Translations under genes and position numbers: made by a program | The notes under the pieces: model-generated | Seen by the model: the letters and a program-made list of their open reading frames with translations, nothing else | Database searches by the model: none | What the model was told of the DNA's origin: nothing | Assembly: GCF_018350175.1 (NCBI RefSeq) | Contig: NC_058383.1 | Coordinates: 38,688,001 to 38,752,000, forward strand | DNA length: 64,000 nucleotides | Source of the DNA: Felis catus | Lineage: Eukaryota | Reading direction: 5' to 3' | Shown here: positions 35,817 through 49,681 of the stretch, one piece after another | Layout of the letters: each line of letters begins with the position of its first letter | How positions within the stretch are numbered: position 1 is the stretch's first letter

Positions 35817-38287
35817 TGCGTGGCAGAGGCTCTGCTGGCAGAACCCAGGGGGCCAGCCCCCACCTCTCTCTGTGGCATGACTCCAACCCCTCGACTTCTC
35901 CCCGCCCCACCCCTCATCCATCATGGGTGCTGACAGCCGGGACAGGCCCCCACCTGGCCCCTGGGGCTCCTCCACCCGTCAGGGTTGGGGCCCCGGCGCC
36001 AGACCTCGGGGGCTCAGATTCCCTCCCAGCAGCTGGCAAGGGGCAGGCAGGCACCCCAGGCCCAGCCCATATAGAGCCGGAGAGAGGAGGGAAAGCCAGG
36101 CCCAGAAATGTGGGCGGGGGGGGGGGGGCAGGCAGGGGAGACTCTGATGAGTTACTGTGATACACAGAGAGCGGGGCGGGGGCGGGGGGCAGAGACCAGA
36201 GTGTTCCAGAGGCGTGTGGAAACGCCAACAGTACAGTGGACGACAACAGGCCGCGTGTCCACAGGAAGAGCTTGTCTAGCCCTGGAGGCTCGGGGACCGT
36301 ACCAGGAGGTGGCCCATGGTCTCCCAACAGAGGCTGCACGTACAAGAGCGGGCCCGGCCTCCCTTCTACAGGAGGTGGTGACACCCAGGGAGCCTGTCCA
36401 GGGATCCTCACTGTTCCTTGAAAGCCTGGTGGGGGCCCACCCGCTGCAGGAGGCCCTCTCAGCTTTACCCCTTTCTCCTGGCCAGCTCCAGCAGCAATGA
36501 CTCTACCCCTGGGGGGGTGCCGGCGGGGGTGGGAGGGCACTGCTTAAGGTGGAATGGGGACAGGACCGCAAGAAGGGTGCCAGAGGCCAGTTAGCGCTCT
36601 GTTTCTCGGGGGTGGGCCGATGAGCCTGGAGCCCAGGCCTGCGTGAGGACTTGGTGAGGACCCAAGTAGGGGAAGACGGGAGAGGCGGCCCCGGGAAGTG
36701 CCAGGAGTGAACCCCACTGAGCTGGCTGGGGACAGCAGTGACTCAGGCCCCCTGGGCCCTAGTCCAGAAGGCCCCACACCCTGTCTGATGGTCTGGCCCC
36801 TGCCCAGCCCGCCCCTCCTGGCACCTCTGTCTAAGGATACAGACAGCCAGGGCGGGGACCTAGAGAGGGGCTACCACGGGGAGTGGGCGACACGGGTCTT
36901 CTTGCTGTAAGGCTTCTGAGATCACAACACACACAGGGGCCAGCTCCAGCCATAGTGGACAGCAGGGCTTTTACGAGATACACCCTCACTTGGAGTACCC
37001 CCCACCGCCCCCCGCACTGAGATGTGCCTGTACCTCACCTCCCTCTTTGTTCTCCCACCTGCACACGGCCATGCCCCGGCACCCACTTTCCCCCCCACAC
37101 ACACATAGGGCCCCTCTGTTCCCACTGGGTGCCTGCAGCCCAGTACCCTGGCGCAGCACCCCACACGCCCCCACTCTCCCTGCCCGGTACAGAGGCCGTG
37201 ACCCAGAGGCCTGGGGGCTGGACCTTTTACGGGCTGCCGGGCAGTCTGCAGGGCTCCTCGGGTCCAGTCCTCTATTCTGCTACGCCACACACTGCTGGGC
37301 GGGCAGCAGGCCAGGTCACCCCAGACACTGCACCGCTCTCTGTCCTATGGCAGTCTAGGCCCAGGGTGTCTGCTTCAGAGCCCATATAGCTAAGGGCCCC
37401 CTACACAGACCCAGACACAAGGCTCTCCCCATAGTGTGCCAGGGAAGCTTGGCCCGGGATGAGGTAGGCACAGACCAGGAGGGGCCGTGCAGGAGGTACA
37501 GGCTACTGCCAAAGGGAATGCGGGTACCCACGGCCACTGCCAGGCTGCCTGGGTGCTGGCATGGGCCGGTGGAAAATGCCAGGCAGCCTGGGGCTTTGGG
37601 CCAGCTAGAGGCTGCTCAGAGCCAGGGCTGAACCCAGTGGGGCATCCCCTGGCCCCTGCAGTGCTGCCCCCCCCCCACCCCAGCACATCCAGTTCCCTCA
37701 GGTCGGGCCAGGCTGGCCTGAGAGCACGAGGACCACTCGGGGACCGAGAGAGCCCCTGATGGAGCCCGGGCCTCGGGTACCCTTCGCTCCTAAGTGTGAG
37801 GGGACATGGTGGTACAGCTTCTAAGCAGAGGAGCGACTTCCAGGGGCCAGGGCAAGGTGACAGCTGGGTGTTGAGAGTGCAAGGCAGAGGTCCAGGAAGT
37901 GTGTCGCCTAAAATGGTAAAGCCTGTCGATAGACTCGCAGCCAGCTGCTCAAAGCGGCACCTGCCGGGGTAGGAATTTGTGGAGGACAGCTGGAGGGGAG
38001 GGCGGGCGCCTTCCGAACCTGCACCTGTGCTGAAGTCCCCTCAGGTCACCCTCTTGGCCGTGCACCTGACAGCCCTTTAGCCTGGATCCCTGCGTTGGCT
38101 GCCTCTAGGGCACTGCCCGGCACCTCTAGGCACTTGCCCGGTGCAAAGCTGACCTCTGTGAACTCCCTCTCCACTCACCTGCCAGTTTATTAAAGCCTAT
38201 GCCAGCGGGAAGTCGGGCAAACACACAGAAGCGTGCAGAGGACAGAAATGTATGATATAACAAATACCCACAAAACAAACAGCTACT

Positions 38288-39203
38288 GGGGCGCTTGAGT
38301 GGCTTAGTGGGTCGCGTGTCGGCATCTCGATTTTGGCTCATGATCTCACGGCTTGTGGGAAGGAGCCCCTGCGTCGGGGTCTGCGGTGACAGTGTGGACC
38401 CTGCTTGGGATTCTCTCTTTTCCCCTGCTAATGCTCTCTCTCTCGAAATAAATAAATAAACTTAAACAAAATTCAGCTAGCACTGCTGGCACAAAGATCA
38501 AGAAACAGAACGTAGCCAGTTCCTCAGAAGCACCCCTCACAATCTCTTCGTTAGGGTAGCCACATTTGCACTTGGGGCTGTCATTTCCCGCTTCTCTTAA
38601 GTCACGGTATTCCTGTTTTGTGGCCCCATCCCTGCGGGGGCTTCCTAGGTGAGGGGCGACTCTTCCCTGCAAGTCTGGGTGACGGTGCTGTTGCGGCGAT
38701 GGGACACACGGGGGCGCAGGGTTCAAGCCGGCTCTTACCTGTGTGTGGGTGGGACGCCTGGAATCCAGCGCCTGGGAAGTGGGTTGGGGGGCTTCCTTCT
38801 AACGGAGCCCCAGCCAGTTTCTTTGGTCTGGGAACTTGTGGTCCCCGGGCGGGTGTGGGGGCCCGATCCCTCTCTACCAGGAACTTCCTTGTGGCCCAGG
38901 CAGCTGCTGTGAAGCCTGTAAAATACTATACAGTTGGCAAAATATTACTGTTATGAAACAGCTCCTACTGTATGCTTGCTCAGCCTTGTAATTCAAGGCA
39001 GTTCACATTCATTTTCTTTCTTTTTTTTTTTTTTTTAAGTTTATTTTTGAGAGAGAGTGAGCAGAGAAGGGGCAGAGAGACAGAATCCCAAGCAAGCTCC
39101 ATACCATCAGCAAGGAGCCAGATACAGGGCTCAAACTCACCAACCGTGAGATCATGACCTGAGCCAGAATCCACTCTGAACTGATTGAGCCACCCAGGTG
39201 CCC
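38288..39203. mobile_element. Two Can-SINEs (~38288-38470 +, ~39018-39203 -)
   Basis: SINE heads/cores and A- or T-rich tails. Confidence 0.8.
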
Positions 39204-40599
39204 CTCACATTCATTTTCTTATTTAGTGCTCTTGCCCTAGGAGGTAGGAACTAATCTCTCCTCAGGGAAACATCCAGAGACATAAAGCAACTTGCTTATG
39301 ATGGCACAGCTTTTGAGTGGCAGAGCAGGGTAGAGCCCTCCTTTTCCTTACTTCACTGCCCACGCTCTTAGCGACTATCTGTACTTAACTTCATATTGTA
39401 GTCCTTCCACACAGTGAAATATCCATTGGAAGTATATTTTCGAATTTAAAGAAATATTTATTTTTAGGTCATTGCATATTAGGCTTTCAAGACTGGGCAG
39501 CTGGAAGAGGCCCTGGGACCCAGACTCCTGCAGGAGGGGCTGGCAGCTGGAGAGGGGCCTGCCTGCTTCCCCAGGCCTCCTGGGGACAAGCTTGGGGCCT
39601 TTAACAAGGATCCAGACTGAGTCACTGGGGCTGTGGCTGCCAGAGATGCAAATTCAAGGGGAGGGTGGGTGGAGGTGGGTGGGGATGCGGCCCCTAGAGA
39701 CGCTCTAGGTCCAAGGACCTAATCCGGGGGACCAGGCCCTCCTTTGCTGGGCCACACACTGGAGCGTTCGCTGAAGGCACCGCAACGGGCTGGGAACTCT
39801 AACCTGTTAGAAAACTGGGGGACGGGTGGTCAACAAGTAAACCAATAACTAGAGGAGAGAATTTCAGATAGAAGGTAAGTATAATAATAAGGAAACCAGG
39901 TGGGAAAGGAGATGCGACGCGCTGGGGAGCGTTCTTGAGAGGATGGCCCGCAAGTGTGACTCCCCCCCCCCGCCCCCACTGTTAAACGGATAAAAGGTCC
40001 CCTCCGTGAAGGCGCACCCCCGAGCCGCGCCAGTGTTAGGGACCAGCGCTTGCTCCGCCGGGGCTCCCTGCTAAGAACTCCAAGGGGATCCCTCCCATGT
40101 GAACCTCTAGCTCGGTGCGGGAAGCTTCATCAGCTCAGTTTTTGCAGGTGGCTGATCCGAAGCTCAGAAAGGCCCCGTGGGTCCCCAAGGTCGTTCGGCC
40201 AGGAAGGGGCGGAGGTAGGGTGGAGTTGAGCTCAAATCTCAAATCCAAAGAATACTTCGGGCTGCCTCGGAGGTGGCCGAGGCCGGCCTGGTGGGCTTCC
40301 CGGGGGGTGGGGACAATGTCCGCCCTCCCGGTGCGGTGCACGACACGCAGGAAGGAGCCAGCGAGTCCAGGGCACCCCACGCGGCTGGGGCCCGCAGAGC
40401 GCAGGCACTTCCCGTCCCGTCCGGAGTGACGCCCTCCTGAGGCGCCTCTGAGGCCAACTGCAAAGACCGCCTCTTTTATAATATAGAAAACGAAGCCAGC
40501 TCAGTGACGGCCGTGGGTGCAGGACTGGGGTCTGGAGCTGTGTCCCCAGCCCGGGACCCGAACGGGACAACTCCACGTCCCAGCTCACACCGCGCGACA

Positions 40600-41010
40600 C
40601 GCCGCATCAGCCAGATTGCACCGCGTCGCGGCCTCCGCCCTTGTTAGCGCCGTGACGTCGCGCCTGCGCAATGAGAGGGCACGACCTGAGGTGCCGGAGA
40701 GGGCACGGGGACGCGCACGCCGGGACGTCGGGGGCGGAGCCTCTGAGCCTGGGAGCCTCTGATGGGCTGCATCGGGGAGGGGCGGGGTAAGAGGCGTTCC
40801 TGGGCGGGGCCTCGAGGCCGGTTTGGAATTTTTGGCGCGAGCCGGCTCTGCGCGCGTTCACGGGCCGTTCCCCTCCGAGAGTCCTCCCGCCGGGCGTGGG
40901 GAGCCGTCGACTGCAGACCCCCGACCGCCTGACTGCGCCAGGGGCTTCCGCGGCCTCTGCCGATCCGGAATCTGGGACCTCTCTGGGCCGCGCCCCGCCC
41001 ACCCGTCAAG
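40600..41010 (+). promoter_or_regulatory. PKMYT1: PKMYT1 CpG-island promoter and non-coding exon 1
   Basis: CpG island; GC boxes; E2F site TTTGGCGC at 40831-40838; donor CAAG|GTGAGC at 41010/41011. Confidence 0.7.
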
Positions 41011-41636
41011 GTGAGCCCAGACTGGGTCCTGCGGGCAGTCGGCCGGCACTTCCTCCCGGCAGCCCCTGCCCCCTGACAGCCCCTGCCGCGGTCAGCCTCA
41101 CCCGCTCCCTGTCCCAGCCCCCAGCCTCAACCCCACCGACGGCCCCGCCCCGTCCCGCCGGGTCGGGCCCTGCCCGCGGCGGCCCCACCCACTGCCCCCG
41201 CGGTTCCTGGTGACTGCCACCGCCCTCCCGGCCTTCCTCGGTGACTACGCCCTCCCCCCCCCCCCCATGCCGGTCCCTCCCCGGGAAAAGCCCTACCCAC
41301 CTTTCATCTGCAGCCCCTCCCCCGAGGCAGCCGGCCTATTCAGCTGTTCGCCAGGCTTTGCCCACGGTCACGGAGGTGAATCGGCTGTGGCCCTGTCCCG
41401 GAGGAACTCACAGTCTAGCGCGGCAGACCGTGGTCAGCGATGTGTCCGGCCCAGTGAGCGGGTGAGGCCCCCGAAAGGTCCAGAGGCCACCCAGGCCTGG
41501 CCTGGTCAGGGCCACCCAGGATTCTCCCTTCCCTGTCCCATCATCCCCAAAGCTGTGTGGCCAGGCCGGTGGTGCTAGAATGAAATGACATTGGGGTCGC
41601 CCGAGAACTGGTTTGAGATGCTCCAGGTGTCTGGAG

Positions 41637-44560
41637 TGGCGCCTGGGTGTCTCAGTCAGTTAAGTGTGTGCCTTTGACTCAACTCACGTCATGATCTCAC
41701 AGTTCGTGGGTTCGAGTCACCTGTCAGGCTGTGTGTTGCCAGCTGGGAACCTGGAGCTGCTTCGGATTGTGTGTCTCCCTCTCTGCTCCTGCCCTGTTCG
41801 TGCTGCTCTGTCTCTCTTTCTCCAAATAATAAACATATTTTTTAATGTTTATTTCGGGGACAGAAGATCTGAAGCGGGCTCTGCGCTGACAGCACAGAGC
41901 CTACGTGGGGGCTTGAACTCGTGAACCATGAGGTCATGACCTGAACTGAAGTCAGACCCTTAACGGGCTGGGCCACCCAAGTGCCCCTCCATTAATTTTT
42001 TTTTTTTTTAAATAAAATTTAAAGAACGCAGGTGCCTGGTGTCTCCAAATATGCTAGGACTGGGCCTGGAGGCTGTACTTCTAACCAGTGGGGGGTGCTG
42101 ACACCCTGGTTCTGCACTTTGAGAAACCCTGAGATGGGAATCCTGAAGTGAATACCGGCGGAGGAAGGGTCCCCAGGGGATGTCGGATGGGGGTCCCTCC
42201 CCTACCCCTCACTGCCCCAGCGACAGACTCCAGAGGACTGCTCCCTCAGGTGTCTGTTCCCAATTCACTCCCTGCTTCTTTTGATACACTGTGGCTTCCT
42301 CTCAAAATTGGACTCCTCCTCTCTTGTTTTCTTGTTTTTGTTTCTATAATAACATTATGGCAACACACAGCCCTCTCTCTCCCGACACACACCCTCAGGA
42401 CCACCGCACTTTGGGTGTGTTCTTTGAATTACTGCTCAGAGCATTATTGTATTTTACTTATCATGTAACAGTTAGCATTTGTTGGGGGATTTGGTTTTCT
42501 CAAAATTTCTTTAAAAGTTTATTTTGAGAGAGAGCACGTTCGAATGGGGGGGGGGTGCAGAGAGAGGGAGAGAGAGAGAATCCCAAGCAAGCTCTGCACG
42601 GTCAGTGCCAAGCCAAGTCCAATGCGGGGCTCAGCTCAAACCCACAAACCATAAGATCATGACCTGAGCTGACACCAAGCAAGAGTCAGAGGCTTAAGCG
42701 ACTGAGCCACCCAGGCGCCCTATTTAGGTCACCTTTAATTTCTTTAAGCGGCTGAAGGAAGAGTGGATGGAAAGCAAGTACATGTGCATAACGTTGGCTA
42801 CAGCGACCCTCTTATTTGTCACTTCTGGTTCTCTTCATTTGTTCCTGCGACTGGAGCTACCATCTGGTGTCACTTTCCAGTCCAATGTAATTTTGTTCCC
42901 ACCCACCTCTTTTGGGCTCTTATTTATAAGTGTGTTAGGTCTGTACGTTCAGTGCCCAGTATACAATCGCATGCTATCGTCCACTTACTTTTTGTATCGG
43001 CTAAGAGAGGAGATATGTATTTAACCGTCTTTTGTATGACACACCAGCGCTTTGCTTCTTCGTGTCGATTCAGATTACTGTTAGGGATCACGTGCTTTTG
43101 GTCTTGAGAACTTCCCTTAGTTTTTCTTACAAAGCAGGTCTGCTAGCAGTGAATTCTTTCTGTTTTTACCTGGGAAATGTCTTTATTTTGCCTTTAGTTT
43201 TGGAAGATAGTTTTGTTGGATATGGGATTCTTGGTTGACAGATGTTTCCCCCAACACTTTGAATAGGCCACCCGCTACCTCCTGGCCTTCATTGTTTCTG
43301 CTGAGAAGTCGGCAGTTAATCTTAGGGGAGGTTGTAAGCGATGAGGCCTTTCTCTCTTACCGCTTTCTTTTTTTTTTATTTTTTTTTTTTAAATTTTTTT
43401 TTTTCAACGTTTATTTATTTTTGGGACAGAGAGAGACAGAGCATGAATGGGGAAGGGGCAGAGAGAGAGGGAGACACAGAATTGGAAACAGGCTCCAGGC
43501 TCTGAGCCATCAGCCCAGAGCCTGATGCGGGGCTCGAACTCATGGACCGCGAGATCGTGACCTGGCTGAAGTCGGACGCTCAACCGACTGCGCCACCCAG
43601 GCGCCCCAGTCTCTTACCGCTTTCAAGACTGTGTCCTTGGTTTTGGTTTTCAGCATTTTAACGTTTATTTTCTTATTTTTATTTTTGGGACAGAGGGAGG
43701 CAGAGCATGAATGGGGGAGGGGCAGAGAGAGAGGGAGACACAGAATTGGAAAGAGGCTCCAGTCAGCCCAGAGCCCGACGCGGGGCTCGAACTCACGGAC
43801 CCCGAGATCGTGACCTGGCTGAAGTCGGACGCTTAACTGACTGCGCCACCCAGGCGCCCCGGGTTTTCAGCATTTTAAAACGGTGTGTCTGTGTGTGGGC
43901 CTCTCCATTCGTCCTCCCTGATGCTCCTGGACCTCCTTGGCAGTGTTCATGTGTTTTTCTTAGGGCGGAGAGGTTTTTTTGTGAATCACATTGGGGCAGT
44001 TTTCATCTATGATGTCTTAGCATATTTTTCTTGCTCCTCCCCTTCCTTCCTCTGCTGCACCTTGTACATGCGTTGGTGCACCCAGTGGTGTCCTGCGTTT
44101 CCCCGAGGCTCGGTTCCCTTTTCTTCGTTCTTTTTCCTCTCTCTTCTTCAGACTGCAGAATCTCTCTTGATCTATCTCCAGGTTCACGAATCATTCTGCC
44201 ATTTCAAATGTACTGTTGAACCCCTCTGATGAATCTTTTCATTTTAGCTCTTGCACCTTTCAACTCCACAACTTCCCTTTGGTTCTTTCTATAATTTCTA
44301 TCTCAGTATCAATGTTCTTCATTTGCTGAAATGTGGTCATCGCGCTTCACTTACTCTTTTCAGCGTGGCTTCCTTTAGTCCTTGGAACATATTTATAGTG
44401 AGTACTGCGACGTCTTTGTTAAATCTCACATCCGGTCCCTCTCAGGTACTTTCTTTTGTCTGGTTTTCTCCTGTGTGGGGGTCACATTTTCCTATGGCTG
44501 TGGATATCTTGTAATTTTTTTTTTTTTTTTTGAAACTGGACATTTTTGACAATGTTACAG
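41637..44560. mobile_element. Repeat-rich part of the PKMYT1 5' intron: old antisense L1 fragments (~42740-44560) with Can-SINEs (~41637-41835 +, ~41838-41986 -, ~42510-42720 -, ~43365-43607 -, ~43660-43860 -)
   Basis: T-rich L1-like text ('aaagcaggtctgctagcagtgaattctttc...gaaatgtctttattttgcct...ttcttggttgacag'); near-consensus SINE copies at 43365 and 43660. Confidence 0.75.
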
Positions 44561-45596
44561 CAACTGGCCTTACTGGCTTCTTCCCCGCCTGGACGATTAT
44601 GAGTCGTTTGCTTGTTTATTTTTTAGCGACTGGCTGGGCCACTGTCGCGATGCCTCTTTCCCCTGCAGCGTGAAGCCTGGGATGCCGCTCCTCAGAGGGC
44701 CCAGCCTGGGGCATGTGCATGGTCACCTTTGAGTGACGGTGGTTGTACGGGCCTCTCTTTGTCCATCCCCGTCCTTAGCTGCTGGGCTCCACCCATTGTG
44801 GGCTGATCGTTCTGTTGTTTTTCTCAGTGCCTAGGGCGTTGATTGCTCCGCAGACTGATCGGAGCTAAGGGCAGCGACACAGGTGCCTGTCTGAGTGACA
44901 CTGCTGCCTCAGGGTGGGAACAGTAGCCTCTGGCCTTCTCGGCTTGCCTTTCCGGGTGGGGGACCTCCTGCTGCGGTTTGAGTGGCTGGGCCCCAGTGTC
45001 CCTAGCCCTCCTGCCAGATAGGGCTTTTGCCCCGCTGCGCTCACCTGGAACTTGGGCCTCCCTCCGTGGCTGCAGGTGGTGGAGGTCTACTGAGTGAGTG
45101 CTGGCCCCACAGCTGTGAGAACGAAGACGGGAGAGAAACTTGGATTTCAGATCTTTGTTTTCACTTTTGAATTAGAGATAAGGGATGGTGGGCCTGCATT
45201 AGTATTTCCACCTTACGATTTTGGAAGAGGGTGCGTATCCTAAGGCCAAACAGCTGCTTGTGATGAGGCAGGGATATACTTGTGGGGTCCCTGGCTCCAG
45301 AACCCTTCTCAGCCAACCTGTGCTGGACTGCGCAGTCTCCAGGACATGGCCTTGGGGTTTGTGGTTTATGCTTCTCTGGCCTCCCAGGTACAGATGACTG
45401 CATGCAGGCCTATGTCTACTTGTCCTCTGCCTCTCCCTGCAGGTGCTCGTCCCTGTGGCCTCCATGTTTAAAGCGGAACGTGTGTGCAGAGTGGACGCAC
45501 CTCTCTTCCGGAGCCTCTTTGGGGCCACAAGACCAGGCGCCGTTTGAGCGGACACACTGCTCTGTCCTGTGCACCTCAGGGCCTCCTGTGCTGGCC

Positions 45597-48500
45597 ATGC
45601 CTGTGCCCACAGAGGGCGCCCCTCCGCCCCTGAGTGGCACCCCCGTTCCAGTCCCAGCCTACTTCCGCCACGCAGAACCTGGCTTCTCCCTCAAGAGGCC
45701 TGGAGGGCTCAGTCGCAGCCTCCCGCCCCGGCCCCCTGCCAAGGGCAGCGTCCCCATCAGCCGCCTCTTCCCTCCTCGGACCCCGGGCTGGCACCAGCCC
45801 CAGCCCCGGAGGGTGACGTTCCAAGGCAAAGCCTCGGAGACCCTTCAGAGCCCCTCCTATGACCCGAGCCGGCCAGAGTCCTTCTTCCAACAGAGTTTCC
45901 AGAGGCTTGGCCGCTTGGGCCACGGCTCCTATGGAGAGGTCTTCAAGGTGAGTGGGGTGACAATTCCTCAGGCCTGCTACTGCCACCTCCTCCCCCCCCC
46001 CCCCCCCCCCGCCTGGAGGGGACGGTGTCCTGGGCAGCCCACTCCCCTTTTCTCCCCTGAGAGCCTGCTTCTCCTGGGCTGATTTGGCTGCTTTCTCCTT
46101 CCCCCTACTTAGGCCCTCCACGCCCCTCAGTAACACTCCCCCCTTGTGCAGAGCCTGGCACGCCTCACAGTGGCTCCTGGTTGCCTCTTTCTCCTGCCCC
46201 AGGGCAGCCTCCTCTGCGTGGCGCACACCCCACGCCCCATCACCCATCACCTCAGGCCAGCAGGTGCTCCCGCTACACCCTTCATACCGGCTTCTTATTT
46301 CTCCTTAAAACGTATTTCCCCTTTACATTTCCTTTACAATGGTAATCTTCCTTTCGTAAGTACTACCTGGAGACAATTTTGTTGTTAAAAAGCACAAGTG
46401 ACGTGGCCCCTAGACTGGTTCTTCCTGGAGGAAACCACTGTGCTTCTCGGGTGGGTGTCCTTCCTTCCAGATCTTTTTCTCTACGTCTCCACGGAGTGGA
46501 CCAGATACGGACAGACTCTTTTTGTATTCTGCACAGTGGGTCGTGCTGGCCACGTGTTCGCGTAGCCAGATTTTTCCACGTAGCCTCGTGCCCCGAGGCC
46601 CTTTTGGGTCAATACGTAGAGCTCTCAGAGTGGCCCGTCCAGCTTTGCTGCTGCACGCGTGGGCTCTGAGGCGGATGCCGTGCTCCACCTTCCATGTGTG
46701 TGAAATCCTAACAGGGTCTGCCAGACCGGCCTCCTGTCCCACTCGTGGGTGCCACCTCCCTTCCAGGTGCGCTCTAAGGAAGACGGCCGGCTCTATGCAG
46801 TGAAGCGCTCTATGTCGCCCTTCCGGGGCCCTAAGGACCGGGCCCGCAAGCTGGCCGAGGTCGGTGGCCACGAGAAGGTGGGGCAACACCCGCGCTGTGT
46901 GCGGCTGGAGCAAGCCTGGGAGGAGGGCGGCGTCCTGTACCTGCAGACGGAGCTGTGCGGGCCCAGCCTGCAACAGCACTGCGAGGCCTGGGGCACCGGC
47001 CTGCCCGAGGCCCAGGTCTGGGGCTACCTGCGGGATACCCTGCTTGCCCTGGCTCACCTGCACGGCCAAGGCCTGGTCCACCTTGACGTCAAGCCCGCCA
47101 ACATCTTCCTGGGGCCCCGGGGCCGCTGCAAGCTGGGTGACTTTGGGCTGCTGGTAGAGCTGGGTGCATCTGGAACTGGTGAGGCCCAGGAGGGAGACCC
47201 CCGCTACATGGCCCCTGAGCTGCTACAGGGCTCCTATGGGACAGCGGCGGACGTGTTCAGGTGAGGGCCGGGAGGCGGGAGGCTCTTGGCGGGGTTGGGG
47301 GGCGGGGGACGTGCAGTCGGCCGAGGGAGGGAAACGCCACCCTAGCCCCAAGTCAGGAAGACTCGGCCTCGGGCCGGGACGTCCTGCCCGGAGGGGGTGG
47401 AGGCCCGTCCGGCACTTGAGGGGTTCTGCAGAGACAGACTCTGGGCAGCGGACCCTCTGGCCACTCTACATGGGTCCCCCGTTTCCTCACCTCCCCCCCA
47501 CAGCAGGGACAATTGCTCCATTTACAGGGGACGGACACAGTGGGGCCGAAGGACCGGCACAGAGTCCACTTAGCAAGTGGGGAAGCTAGGGCTGGCCCGG
47601 GCAGTGGGTTCCGTCGTCCGGGCGGGTGACCGCCGCTCTGCCTCTAACGGCCGTATCCAGCCTTGGCAGCAGAACGATGGTAGTGACGTCAGCACCCGCG
47701 GTGCCCGTCCAGTGACGGGTGCCAGGAGGACTCACCGGGTGGCGAGGGGGCTCCGTAATATGGGCCTTTTCGGGACCCCCAGCCCCTCCCTCCCCGCTTC
47801 CCCGGCTCGTGGTGGAAGACAGCGGCCCTTCTCCACCCTCTTCTTGGGCAGCCTGGAGCTCTGGGGTCTGGGCCCCAGGGCCAACCCTGCCCCTCTTCTG
47901 TCACTGCCCCCACCCTTCCCAGTCTGGGCCTCACCATCCTGGAAGTGGCATGCAACATGGAGCTGCCCCATGGCGGGGAGGGCTGGCAGCAGCTGCGCCA
48001 GGGCTATCTGCCCCCGGAGTTCACTGCTGGTAAGTGGAGGGCAAGGATGGGAAGGAACGTGCGGCCCCAGGGAGGCCGGGCTCACGTCTGGGGCCCCTGG
48101 GCTCAGAGCTGTCGCCCCTGACACGGCCCCGCCCTGTGCACAGGCCTGTCTTCTGAGCTGCGTTCTGTCCTCACCATGATGCTGGAGCCTGACCCCAAGC
48201 TGCGGGCCACAGCCGAGTCCCTGCTGGCCCTGCCCGTGCTCAGGCAGCCTCAGCCTTGGAACGTTCTGTGGTATATGGCCGCCGAGGCCCTCAGTCGAGG
48301 GTGGGCCCTGTGGCAGGTAAGGTGGGTGACCGTGACAGGGTGCCCAGCCGCGCTCCCCGGCCCCAGGGCCTGCCCTGCTTCCCTCGTCCCTGTCCCCTCA
48401 GGCCCTGCTTGCCCTGCTGTGCTGGCTCTGGCACGGGCTGGCTCACCCCGCCAGATGGCTGCAGCCCCAGAGCCCCCCAGCCACCCCGCCCGGCTCGCCA

Positions 48501-49681
48501 CCCTGCAGCCTCCTCCTGGACAGCAGCCTCTCCGGCAACTGGGATGACGACAGCATAGGGTGGGTGAGAGCTGAGGACGCCGGGGGTGGGGGAAAGGGGC
48601 AGTCAGCATGGCCAGGCCGCAGCCCCGTGAGGATTCGTGGTGAACAGGACCCCTCCCCCAAGCCTGCCCCCCGACCCCCCCCCCTCCCCCGCCATCATAC
48701 CCTGGGAAGGGAGCCAAGGCCAGTGGGGGTGTGGCCTGGCCCGGCTTGAATGCGGCGGTCTCCTCCAAGCTCAGTGCAGGGACCACGCAGAGCAGAGCAG
48801 AACCGGCAACCTCACGCCTGGGGCGCTGCCTCACGAGGGAGCAGCGCGAGGGCCACGGCCGCCGCCACGGTAGGGCTGCGGTGCCCACAGGTGAGGTGCT
48901 GTCCGTCCTCTCCGGGAACACAGTCCCCAGAACCTGGGGAGCCCGAGCCCAGGGAAATTCCTTGGTCCTAGGTACCTGGCGGCCAAGTGAGAGGCTGTAA
49001 TTAAGAAACCGCTTGGGGCACAGTCCTCAGGAGGAATCACGCCATTAACCCCTTTTTAAGGAAATGTCACCCATCGCCATGGGGACGCTTTATAGCAGAC
49101 ACGAGGTACCAGATAGGCTTCCTTTGTCAGAAGTTCATTTGTCAGCCCGCTGTCAAAACCCACGTGTTCCAAAAAGGAACAGAGGTGGCCTTTGAGCGGT
49201 CAGATGGCCTTTAGAAGTTGTGAAAGTGCTTTTTTCAAAGGGCACCATGCTCTCACTGCTCCCGACTGGGGCCCCTGCCCATGTCAGGAGCCTGGGGTCT
49301 GCACAGGGCAAGGGTTGACCTTGCTGTGGCCCCCTCCCCATGCACTCCCCACCCCCGACACCTTACTTGTCTGGCCCACCTGTGCAGGCTCTCGCTCTCT
49401 CCAGAGGCTGTCCTGGCCAGGGCTGTCGGGAACACCTCCACCCCCCGCAGTGGCTCCCCGGCCCCCCGGAGCAGGTACACACTGAGGTGAGCAGGCCCAG
49501 AGTCCGGCGGGTGGGAGGTGGTGGCTTTCAGATCCTGAGTGTCATTTGTCTCTCTTCCCCCCACCCCAGGGAGGCCCTGGACCTAAGTGACATTGACTCT
49601 GAGCCCCCTCGGGGCTCCTTCCCCTCCTTTGAACCTCGGAACCTCCTCAGCCTGTTTGAGGACTCACTGGGCCCAGTGTGA
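45597..49681 (+). CDS. PKMYT1: Membrane-associated Tyr/Thr-specific cdc2-inhibitory kinase Myt1, 7 coding exons, 497 aa
   Basis: Exons 45597-45947, 46767-47260, 47923-48029, 48144-48316, 48402-48559, 49388-49486 and 49570-49681 (1494 nt). Kinase motifs [29 protein letters not shown]; membrane segment [14 protein letters not shown]; RNL cyclin-docking motif. AATAAA at 49796-49801. Confidence 0.96.
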
